Shown here: in pieces, positions 53,020 to 64,000 of the stretch | Position numbering within the stretch: the first letter of the stretch is position 1 | How the letters are laid out: each line of letters starts with the position of its first letter | NCBI RefSeq assembly: GCF_964355755.1 | Contig: NC_092670.1 | Location: 2,346,201-2,410,200, forward strand | DNA length: 64,000 nucleotides | Source: Antedon mediterranea | Taxonomy: Eukaryota; Animalia; Echinodermata | Direction of reading: 5' to 3' | Program-made: the position numbers and the translations under genes | The notes under the pieces: generated by a model | The model's database searches: none | Seen by the model: the letters and a program-made list of their open reading frames with translations, nothing else | Told to the model about the DNA's origin: nothing

Positions 53020-53221
53020 AAAATAAACATGAATAATTCATCAGTTAAATTTTCTTGTTCCGTGTGCACCCAAGCGTATAGCAACAAGAAGTGATTACAC
53101 AAGTGCGGTACGATTCTAGGCCTATCTCCACTGTTGTTGCGGCGTGCGATTTCATTGAAGAATAGCGGCGTTTTGTGTGGATTGTCGAAATAATCAGCCT
53201 TTAGTTTATGGTGTTTTTAAT

Positions 53222-54934
53222 GGTTCTAGGACACCTACCCCCTAGACAGTTACCCCCCGGATGTTTACCACCCGGACAACTACCCCCTTAGGACAACTAC
53301 CCCCCGGACAACTACCCCCCGGACAACTACCCCCTTAGGACAACTACCCCCTTAGGATAACAACCCCCCGGACAACTACCCCCCGGACAACCACCCCCTT
53401 AGGACAACTACCCCCTTAGGATAACTACCCCCCGGTCAATTACCCCCCGGTCAACTACCCCCCGGTCAACTACCCCCCGGTCAACTACCCCTCCCCCCCC
53501 CCCCCCAATCCAAAAGTAGACAAATATATAGGACCGGTTTCTGTAAAAATGAAATCATCTGTTTTTAACGGGTGTTTCGAAACTAGAGACCCGAGACCAG
53601 AGACCTGACACGAGACCCAATACGAAAAGGGAGACCTATATTTGGGTCTCCCTTTTCGTATATTAGGGTCTCCCTTTTCGTATAGTGTGGTCTCTCTTTT
53701 CGTATAGTGGGGTCTCCCTTTTCTAATTATAGTGGGTCTCCCTTTTCGTATATTTAGGTCTCCCATTTCGTATATTTGGGTCTCCCTTTTTGTATATTTG
53801 GTCTCCCTTTTCGTATATTTAGGTCTCCCTTTTCGTATATTAGGGTCTCCCTTTTCGTATAGTGGGGTCTCCCTTTTCGTATAGTGGGGTCTCCCTTTTC
53901 GTACGTGGGTCTCCCTTTTCGTATATTTAGGTCTCCCTTTTCGTATTGGGTCTCGGGTCTCTGGTCTCTGGTCTCGGGTCTCTAGTTTCGAAACACCCGT
54001 TTTTAACCGATTATTCTGTTTAACAGCACGCTAGACCCTAGATGTGCTAGATTTAAAGTACCGTATTTATTGAAAAAACGGCCTGGGCTGTTTATTGTTT
54101 AGGTGGTTTTTAGGTGGACATTTATTGGAAGAAAGTTGTTTATTCAATGGGAGGGGGTATAATCTAATGGAAATAGACGCCGATTATTCCATATGATGTT
54201 TCATGGGAGTGACATGGTCACCGTTTATTTGAGGGGAATTTATTTAAAGATCGACGTTTATTCGGTGAGTGAACATTGAGGTCAAATATCAAAAGTGATA
54301 TTATTCTTCAAGTGTACAAAAATACATATATGACAAATTTGAGACAAAAATTAATTCTTTTAAGACCAGTGGTTATCGAAGCATTGTCCTGACGCAAAAA
54401 TTATTATTATTATTAGCGAACCCAGTCTTTACAGTAAATACATGGAGTACTATATAATACGTTCGACTATCCTATGATCATGTGTGACAATCTTCAGTTT
54501 ATACCACCAGGCTATATTTATGTTCAATCTTTTACTTTTTTTTACAATAATGAATAGTAATTCGTCAAAGTAACGAATTAAAATATAGTTATTAATTAAT
54601 AGTTGCAGAGTCAGGTTGTTGAATGGTCTGGGTGGTTAGGGTGTTCTAAAGGGATAGTTTTCTGGGTGGTAATTGTCCGGGGGGTAATTGTCCGGGGGGT
54701 AATTGTCCGGGGGTAATTGTTCCTAGGGGGTAATTGTCCGGGGGGTAGTTGTCCAGGGGGTAGTTGTCCTAAGGGGGTTGTTGTCCTAAGGGGGTAGTTG
54801 TCCGGGGGGTATTTGTCCGGGGGGTAGTTGTCCTAAAGGGGTAGTTGTCCTAAGGGGGTAGTGGTCCAGGTGGTGGTTGTCCGGGGGGTAGTTGTCCGGG
54901 GGGTAAATGTCCAGGGGGTGAATATCCGGATACG
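53222..54934. mobile_element. Foldback/MULE-like element with (GGACAACTACCCCC)n inverted arms
   Basis: Repeat arrays at 53230-53490 and inverted at 54660-54930. 9-bp TSD GTTTTTAAT at 53213-53221 and 54935-54943. Confidence 0.8.
53570..53998. mobile_element. MULE-type MITE with internal ~21-bp repeats
   Basis: Perfect TIR GGGTGTTTCGAAACTAGAGACCCGAGACCAGAGACC, 9-bp TSD GTTTTTAAC and (ggtctcccttttcgtata)n interior. Confidence 0.88.
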
Positions 54935-55340
54935 GTTTTTAATATAATTTATTACTAAAGAATTACGTGTTAAAATTATAGTTTCTATTAATACTATAGG
55001 CCTAATTAGTAGTCTCTAAACCCATGTCTATTCTAGTAGTAGCTGTGCGGGTGTGTGTGACGTGTGTGTGTTAGGTATGACACAATCCGAGTAGTAGTAG
55101 ACCAGTAGTTTCAGAGATATAGACTGTTTAAACGAAAGTGTCCGCCATTTAAAATTATGCAAATTAGGTGACCCAAGGGGTCATTTTGCTTGGCGCCCAT
55201 CAAAAATTTAATTTGTATAGGGTGGGCAACCTGTATACCAAATTTGATGCTTTTGGAAAAAAGTGAACCAAAATATCCCTAACAGACTCCACTACGAAGG
55301 CAATCACGTGAATTGACTTCAGTTAACAAGGACTCTGTCC

Positions 55341-56180
55341 ATGATAGAATCACTACTTAAAGAAAATTGCGAACCAGATGTTTTAAAAACTTACATTATC
55401 AAGGCGGAGGAACAGTTCAGAAAAGTTGAGTTAAAACACTCTGAACTGATTGATGTAATTGAAGACCAGGGAGAATTTGAAACGGAAGAGAAATGGATGT
55501 TAGAATGTGAGATGGATTTCCTTCAAAAGTTGGTATGTGCAAAACGGGAGATTACCCTGCGCCACTCACAATCTACAGTCGATGTACCATTTTCAACTCC
55601 AACAACTCCTCTTCAAACATCAGCCTCAACGCAGCCTGCTGGTACGGTTGCCTCGCCGCCTGCATTCAGTTCACCTACACCTCGACCTGCTATGGCAAGG
55701 TCAACGCCTACCATGGCAAAGATGAAGTATCCTACATTTAATGGCAACATCCGGGATTACAAAAGATTTATAGAATTATTTACACATTGTGCAACTAATC
55801 TAACTGAGATTGAATGTTTCTACCAGCTAACTGAATCTATGATTAACAGCAAAGAAAGAAACATGGTTAAAGGATGTATCGATGTGGCTAGAGCTTGGGA
55901 AGTGTTAGATGAACGCTACGGAGACAAAGACAGAGTGGTTGATAGTCTGTTGAAGGATCTAGAGAATTTAAAGTCCTATGAAAGTAAGGACAAGATCAAC
56001 ATTCCAGCCATGAGTTTTGTCCAAACCCTTCAAACGTTTGAAACCAGCCAATTATTGTTACTTGAGAAAGCTATGCCCATGACTGAAACTGAATCATCTT
56101 CATCGTCAAAGAAGGCTTCAAATGCTGCTGTAGTGTCATCTGCAGAAGGATACAAGTCAGACTACAATAAAAATCCCTAG
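55341..56180 (+). mobile_element. BEL/Pao gag remnant (DUF1759-like)
   Basis: KMKYPTFNGNIRDYKRF...AWEVLDERYGDKDRVVDSLLKDL. Truncated, with no pol. Confidence 0.75.
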
Positions 56181-56609
56181 ATTAGAATCCTAGGCCTACT
56201 GTAGAAAGAATCGTATCGCAGTTGTTCGTGTAATCACTTCTTGTTGCTATTGGCCTACGCTTGGGTGCACACGGAACAACAAATTTAACTGATAATTATT
56301 CATGTTTATTTTGTGACGTTTCATGAGGGGGACCCCAACTTATGTACGAAAAAAAAATCGCGTTCGGGTGGACACTTTTCAGCATTGGATAGTGTCCAGT
56401 TGCATGTTTCAACGGGTTCGTGGGCGTTTTTCAACAATTTAATGCTGTCCGGCCCGTTTAATAATGTCTGACCCATGGATTGAAATGCGTCCACTATTAA
56501 ATACTGTATCATACGTTTTATGATAGGTGGTTGTTTTTATCACGCCTGCACTTGTCTTGTCTTCTTTTAATAACCAATAATACTTAATGATGCCAAACTA
56601 ATTTTTTTT

Positions 56610-57945
56610 TCTAATTAAAGATCGCTTTGCCTAAACACCTCCAATTAGGGACCATTATATTATTTGGTATGTGAAAAGACAAGAAGAATAAATAATTGTT
56701 AAGTATGTGACAAAAACAAGTAAATGAAGTGGTCCTCTTCCAATTAAAAATCACTTTACCTAAAACACCTCCAATTAGCGACCATTATATTATTTAGTAT
56801 TAATAAAGCAAGAAGAATATATAGTTATTAATTATGTGACAAAAAACAAGTAATTGTACTGGTCCTCTTTCAATAAAGGACCACTTTACTTAAAACACCT
56901 CCAATTAGCGACCATTTTATTAATTGGTATGAGTAAAGACAATAATAATTAATAGTTTTAATTATGTGACAAAATTAAGTAACTGTACTGACTGGTCCGC
57001 TTCCAATTAAAGATCACTTTACTTTAAGACACCTCTAATTAGTGACCATTTTTATTAATTGGTATGAGTAAAGGCAAGAATAATTAATAGTTTAATTATG
57101 TGACAAAATTAAGTAAATGTACTGGTCCGCTTCCAATTAAAGGTCACTTTACTTTAAGACACCTCTAATTAGCGACCATTTTATTAATTGGTAGGAGTAA
57201 ATACAAGAAGAATACATAGTTTTAATTATGATAGTGACAAAATTAAGTAACTGTACTAGTCCTCTTCCAGTTATAGATCACTTTACTTAAAGAAACCTCC
57301 AATTAGCGACCATTATATTATTTAGTATGAATAAAGACAAAAAGAATACATAGTTTTAATTTTGTGACAAAAACAAGTAATATTGTACTGGTCCTCTTCC
57401 ATTAAAAACCACTTTACTTATAGACACCTCCAATTAGTGACCATTTTATTAATTGGTATGAGTAAAGACAATAATAATTAATAGTTTTAATTATGTGACA
57501 AAATTAAGTAACTGTACTGGTCCGCTTCCAATTAAAGATCACTTTACTTTAAGACACCTCTAATTAGTGACCATTTTTATTAATTGGTATGAGTAAAGGC
57601 AAGAATAATTAATAGTTTAATTATGTGACAAAATTAAGTAAATGTACTGGTCCTCTTCCAATTAAAGATCACTTCAGTTTAAGACACTTCCAATTAGCGA
57701 CCGTTATATTATTTTGTATGAATAAAGACAAGAAGAGGAAATAGTTTATAATCATGTGATAAAAAAAAGTAATTGTACTGGTCCTCTTCCAATTAAAGAT
57801 CACTTCAATTTAAACACTTCCATTTAGCGACCGTTTTATTATTTTGTATGAGTACAGACAAGATGAATAAATAGTTTATAATCATCTGTGATAAAAAACA
57901 AGTAATTGTACTGGTCTTCTTCCAATTAAAGATCACTTTACTGTA
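56610..57945. repeat. ~120-bp tandem repeat, ~11 copies
   Basis: Recurring ccaattaaagatcactttac / acctccaattagcgaccatt / gtactggtcctctt. Confidence 0.9.
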
Positions 57946-58519
57946 AGACAGACACGACTAAAAGGTGAAATAATAATAACAAATAATAATAACAGGATTT
58001 TTATAGCGCACATACCACTCAAGAGTGCTCAAGGCGCATTCAAAAAAAAAATTTATAAAAACAAATCATACAACTCTCCCGGTCCCGAGAGCCGCTGTTT
58101 TGAGGTTGACCTGACAATTGTGGCAATTACCAATTGGGACATTACCCTTGCTGGACATCTGGTAAAAATAAATACTGATTATGCTGCCACTTTAGTACAC
58201 AAAACGATAAATAAAAAAAAATAATACAACTTGTAGCATTCCCTTTAAACTAATACAGTAGGCCCTGTTCAAAACTGCTAGTGTAGAAAAGTCAAATCCA
58301 CCAATATAATAAAACCTAGAACTAGCTAATGATGTAGAAACACCAACAGCTTATTTATTAAATAAAAATTAACATTATACTAATGTACAACTCAACAGGT
58401 AATGTAGTAACGAAAATTGCCTCACAGCTAATGTAGTTAATATCGCCAGCTAATAAAATATTATATATTTTACAAACCTAAAATGTCTAAATCGTGTGCA
58501 AATGTATTTCTCTACTTGC

Positions 58520-58840
58520 CTTCAGTCTATCCACCTCTCGTAAGTGATCGGCTTTCAAAACTTAGCACTCTGATCGTAAGCAACCACCCTTGTTAGCGAC
58601 CACCTTTAATATTTAAAAGGGACTACCTCTGTTAAAGGACCGCTTCTCACAATGGACAACCTCCTGAAGGGGTAACCACCTCTCATAACGGACTGCTTTT
58701 CATAAACTACCACCGCTCGTAGACGACCACTTCTTTTACCGACTACACCTCCCGTAAGTGACCACCTCAATAGAGGTGGTAATTTGCGAAAGGTGGTCGT
58801 TACGGAATTATGAGAAGTGGTCCCTTAGGAGAGGTGGACG
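58520..58840. repeat. GACCACCT-rich degenerate subterminal repeats (MITE-like)
   Basis: Repeated gaccacct motifs followed by inverted aggtggtc motifs. Confidence 0.5.
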
Positions 58841-60063
58841 GTTTTTTTTTTTAGATTATTCGAAAAAAACAAAAAACCGAAATACCCTTGAGTGAACGAA
58901 TAATTATGATGCGCAATTAAGGTGTTTATTTTGCCATATAAAATATAAAAAAATAAATATTTTTTGGTAATATGCATCAACAATATTTTTCAAATGTATT
59001 TTAGATAAATAAATAAATAATGTAAAATCTCTAGAAACAAAAAAAATATTGTGACTAACCAATTCAATGTTTTATTAAATAAAACCAAAAATCAGGCATC
59101 TGTGAAAAAAAATATAATGAAAAAGAACTCACGTTAACAATAGCGAACTTACTTGTTTAAAGCACTTTTGTTATCAGTTAATATTATTAAATTAGTAACA
59201 GTATTATGAATATTACAAAATAATATTTTGAGAACTGAAAAATATTTTGAGGGAACAAATATATTTAGGGAGAACAAAATAAGATTTCAAGAACTGAACA
59301 ATATAAAAAACGAATTACTACTTCGAGACAAGGAATGATCGAGAGAACGAAATAATTTCGAGGGAAATTATTTCGTTCTCTTGCGAATTAGTAATTCGAA
59401 TTCCAATGAAATAATATTTCGAGAGAACGAAAATAGGTAGGCCCTATGCCTATATGATTTAGTGATATTCATTCCCTAGAAATAATAATACAGTACCGGT
59501 AGGCTATATATTTTTTCAAGTTGTCGATTTACTTCAAATTGACAACAGGTTGTTACTCAATCAAAAACAAACAATTTAATTTGATTAGACTATATGTCTC
59601 CAGATATAATAATAGTAATATTTATTTCAATCGACTTGATATTTTGCGATTAAAGTTGGTATTCTAAGGAATTATAATTACCCTAACGGGAGTTGGTGAA
59701 CGTCCAGTGCCCTAGTTTTTACGGGGTTAATATGATGTCGATGTCGATGGTCCTACTTTTTTATCGATGAAAGCTGCCCGGGTGGTTGCAGCCATTTTCA
59801 ACAGCTGGTATTACACTATTCAATGCTGAAAATTATCCAGTGGACACTTTCAAACACCGGACACATTTAAATCTTACACTGGCACGATAGTCCAATGAGA
59901 ATGGGTATATGCCGGTAACGATACCGGTACGACGCCAGCATAATATACCGGTATATTGCAGGCACATCTGTGAGAAAGGGGCTAAAGTGAATTTGAAACA
60001 CAATGTTGACTTACATATTGCAATAACAGAAAATTCACTTGAAAAAAAAATTAAAAAACATAC

Positions 60064-60105
60064 TTTCTGTATTGCTTGATGGTCCAGCTTCACTTCTTGA
60101 TTGTT
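60064..60105 (-). CDS. 42-nt phase 1-1 linker micro-exon after the DED exon
   Basis: ttag|AACAATCAAG...TACAGAAA|gtatgt. Encodes QSRSEAGPSSNTE. Confidence 0.65.
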
Positions 60106-60273
60106 CTAATTTTAGTACAGTATTACAACATCCGTTTTGATGAATATAAAATTAAAAAGCCTTTTATCAATAATATAATTTGTTTCCCTAAAACCATTCT
60201 ACTACAGACCTATATCAAGTTATTTTTTGGATTTTTGCTGTATTTATGAATGAGCTTATACTGCTTTTTTTAC

Positions 60274-60828
60274 CTTTTAATGTTGTCAATGCCTCCACTT
60301 CTTTCATCATCTTTCTATCTGTAAGCAGTCTAATGAATTTGTCCATCTTCTCTCCTTTTGCAAGTGTGCCTTTCATTTCCAGTTTCAAGATTAACCAAAA
60401 CGGATCTGTGTCTTTGTTGACCCCCTTAATGCCTTTAAGGCGGCCAATAGTTACCATGTTCTCTGTATTCAATTGCTGACCAAACGCTATCAATTTTCTT
60501 CGATGCTCTGAAAAATGTCTGAATGGAACGGATTTGAAGTTTGGTAATTTCACAATTTTCGTAATCACGTCTTGAACTCCCTGAAGTCCGCATATATTAG
60601 TAGCTTCAACGAGGATACTAATGTCTGCCGGTCTGAGATGTCCAGAACGCTCAAGTAAACTAATCAGATCATAGGGTGTATTCTGATTATGTATTTCTGT
60701 CAAAGTGATGGTTGTATTACGATACGTGAACTCGCTAAGTAACACTCTCAGCATGTGAATGTTTCCACGTTCCTTCCACCACTTTGATACATCAGTGAGC
60801 AGTTCATTGTAATCGTCATCATTCAATT
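60274..60828 (-). CDS. Tandem death effector domain (DED-DED) exon
   Basis: YNELLTDVS...PYDLISLLERSGHL...ISILVE and FSEHRRKLIAFGQQL...PFWLILKLEMKGTL, two DED-like helical repeats. Phase 1-1 splice sites. Confidence 0.75.
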
Positions 60829-61579
60829 CTAATAATAGTAATAATATGATTTTTTAATAATAATATCATTATGTGTTAAAGAGTCAAAACTGTACCATAT
60901 AATATGTGGATTTATTGATTTTATATTCTAATATTCTTTTTTGTTATGTATATAGTATGTCTTTTTTTTTGCTAAGGATTAATATTTGACATTTATTTAT
61001 TTGTTCTTTCTTTAAACTGAAATATACTTTCAATTCAAATTTACTGATTTACAAAGTGGTTCAGTGAATACACCATATAGTAACAAATATAAAAATTAAA
61101 AAGAAAAAGGCGGATGAATGTAAGAAAAAGTTAGGTATATATAATATATATTTCCCTAAGTGAAGATTTGGAAGTAGTAAAGGACTTATTATGAAGTTCA
61201 AATTGTAATCGTTATCATTCAAATCTAATAATTAAAGAATACGATTTATTAATAATAATATCATTAGGTGTTAAAGAGTCAAAACTGTACCATATAATAA
61301 TAATTTATTGATTTTATATTTATTCTGATATTCTGTTAAGGAATTTGACCTTATTGATTAAAAAGTATTTTAACAAGTGACAACCAACTAAACTACTACC
61401 AAAAGTTAAGACTGAAAGAGCAAAGAAATTCACCACCAACTTCTGAGTTTTCAACCAATGGTAGGAAATCTTTATTTATTTTTTCGGTGCTCACTTTTCC
61501 ATTTTAATTGTTTTACATATTTGGATGTTTTTTTTATCTAATAAAATATTTCTGACTGCCGAGGATTGCAATTTCGGCG

Positions 61580-62366
61580 TGAATCAGTGGAGCGGGGTGT
61601 GGAAGCTGAAGGAGAGCAAAATGTGGATGACCGAAAAACATGCGCATCATCCACAGTTCGTAACTCTTCTAAGAGACACCGGTGTTCGAGTGCGGAGCTC
61701 AGTGCCATACCTTTGCTTAACTAACTTAGGAAGGCCTTTGTGGATGAGAGAGAGCCAGGTAAGAACTACTAAATTTTCCAACGAGGGCGAAAGTTCTTCG
61801 TCCTCCTGTATTTAGGCATCATGGTGGGAAATGCCCCCGTATTGACGTAGTAAATTATCATGGACGAAAGCAACTAAGCGCTGATAGAGATCTTCCGGCC
61901 ATTCATTATCTTGTAAATGTATATCAGCAAAATCAATAAAATGGGCGCCGGTTGACTGGAATCCATAATGAAGTTGGATTGTTTGCCAAATTTGTGAAAA
62001 AGTGAGGAGGAGCTTTTAACAATGGTATTCCGGGAAATTATAGGGCAAAAATTAGCGATCTGACCGAGCATGAGTTCAAGGATAGTGAGTTTTTGTTGGG
62101 CGGTATGACGACGTGCAACAGGTACCTCATCATTGTCGTGAGTTAAGCCGCGAAGGGGAGATGCCCTGGTTTTGGGACGCCAAATTGAACCATCTAGGAG
62201 AAATGGGGTTGGTAAGTATACACTTTTAGATATGTAAGTTAGGCCGAATACTCACTGAAAACTCAATGGACACACTGATCGACACTGATTCCGTCTCGAT
62301 ATCTATTTATCCTTTTCTCTCTAGAGGGCAGTATCACATTGCTGTGATATTACATCCCTCTCCACC
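61580..62366 (-). mobile_element. Gypsy/Ty3-type remnant: PPT + LTR start + frameshifted gag
   Basis: [36 protein letters not shown] and [18 protein letters not shown]...KQRYGTELR resemble marine-invertebrate Gypsy gag. GGTGGAGAGGGA|TGTAATATC at 62366-62346. Confidence 0.7.
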
Positions 62367-62540
62367 TTGTTTAGTCTCTATAAATTATTTGATTTAAAAG
62401 GTATTTGTTTTGCAAGTACTAAAATGCTGAGATAAAAGGATTACTCAAGTACATAAAACGCAATGCTGTTGTGGTGTAGCCAATTTGCCTAAATTAGAAA
62501 ACGATTAAAAATTGACAACTAAAACATTTGTTTCCTTTAT

Positions 62541-62775
62541 CTAGTAGCTACATTAGATCAACTTTCGTATGCACTTAGAGGTCCAGAGAATTTGACTTCA
62601 GAAATTGGTTTAGAATGGTCAAACAATCATTTTTGGCTTGGTTACACATTTTGAAAATGTGGCAAAAGGTCAGGGTGAAAGGTTTAATACCAAACACCAA
62701 TAGGTCCTTAAACCTCGACAACCACTGTGGTCACAGCAAGGTAATTTTGGTCTCAAATTGATCAGAAGGTATAAA
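62541..62775 (+). mobile_element. Partial copy of the TAGTAG-ended repeat at 18162
   Basis: Near-identical to 18162-18395. Confidence 0.75.
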
Positions 62776-64000
62776 TAGTCCACTAAAAATATGGTTGAAC
62801 CTAGAACAAATTGCAACAGAATTTTGTTTTGTTTTGTCTGGTTGATATGGTGAACAAGAACATCATATCCAAAGTTTACCAAAATCGGATATCCGGAAGT
62901 GGGTTAATTAGCATAAATTCAAAATGGCCGCCATTTGCTATTTTAAAGCCTCATATCTCCTTAACGGTTGGATTTAGACCACCTAAGTGCATTACGAGTA
63001 GATATACAGTAAATGTGATATTAAACATTCTAATTAGCATATTTAAATTCCCATATGACGTACCTATGGTCATATGGTAGTTGTGACGTCATATATTATG
63101 TTATAACTGTTTTAAATGAACTGCAAGAAAACATGTTTCTTGACATTCTAGAAGGGGGTCAATTAGCGCAGCATAAATTCCAAATGGCTGCTATTTACTA
63201 TACCATGTTGAAGCCCTGTGGGTTTAGACAGCCTATGTGCATTACGAATAGGTATATATGTAAAAACCGTTGAAATTTATCATTAAGTTTCCATTTACAA
63301 AATCTTATGAAAATAGTTATTCTACAGAACCGTATGAAAGGTGATCATCAACTAAATTTCCGAAACGGATTTGTACTCAAGCGCACATCTTGTTTTGTGT
63401 TTCCTAAAACTACCGGTACATCTTTTAGAACTTTATCTCTTTAAATTGGTAAAGGAATAAAAAAATATTGTAATGAGGCGATTGTCTGTGGGTCAGGCTA
63501 TTCATCCACAAACTCATCTCAATTCCCCAACTGGAAATTGAGATGACACATGAAATGATAAATGTCATACTGTAGTTTTCGGTATAGTCAGCATCTCCAT
63601 TCTGCTCTTTCAAAGTTGCTTTTTCATTGCATCTGTTTGGTGTCGATCTTTTATGAGACAACAACCTTTTATGATATTTTATATAATGTTTATTTTTTGA
63701 ATGCTGTTTCCAAGATTCAATGAGCATAACAAGGACACTTCATCCTAGGATGATCAACTAGGATGAAGAATCATCAGTTAATGATACAAACCAACGGAAT
63801 CCAAAAGGGGTTGTTAAGGTAATAAAGCAATTTTCAAACTTGCCACTACTAATTACAGTATTTAATTTTTCGACAAGACAGTATTCAACTTCCTTGACAG
63901 AAAATGTCAGAAAAATGAAATAGAAACTTTGAATGCAGATGGGGATCTATTAAATATCTTACTTTGCCATAATTAAAAAAAGCGATTGCGTTTTATTAGA

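Noticed and set aside
53230-54930. Short regularly spaced repeats resembling a CRISPR array
   Set aside because: No unique spacers, no cas genes and eukaryotic context. They are TE arms bounded by TSDs.
61195-61330. Second DED exon start
   Set aside because: Only a ~130-bp local duplicate of the acceptor region, truncated after a few codons.

Overview
AT-rich, intron-rich animal genomic DNA (invertebrate, echinoderm-like by gene content; the taxon is an inference), not prokaryotic. The minus strand carries an innate-immune/cell-death locus. In transcription order it contains a tandem-DED exon (60.3-60.8 kb), a kinase-less ROCO gene that I traced by hand exon by exon (Roc GTPase, COR, three death domains; 48.2-24.0 kb), linker micro-exons and a decayed DED exon (18-8.5 kb), a 2-kb NACHT-WHD-short LRR exon (7.9-5.9 kb) and the first Roc exons of a second ROCO paralog that runs off the left edge. 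Nearly all module boundaries are phase-1 splice sites. The NACHT exon has a perfect phase-1 GTAAGT donor that is in frame with the next Roc exon, which suggests an NLR-ROCO fusion protein. A young, complete 2.9-kb LTR element sits in that putative intron. It has apparently identical 642-bp LTRs, a PBS, a PPT and a GTAT TSD, and it encodes no gag/pol, only a 294-aa RING/PHD-like zinc-finger protein. The rest is dense, often nested TEs (Helentron-type HINE, Kolobok-like, Academ-like, MULE/hAT MITEs, DIRS, BEL, Gypsy and RTE remnants, SINEs, Penelope-type hammerhead relics) and tandem repeats. All exon models were read by eye and need transcript confirmation.
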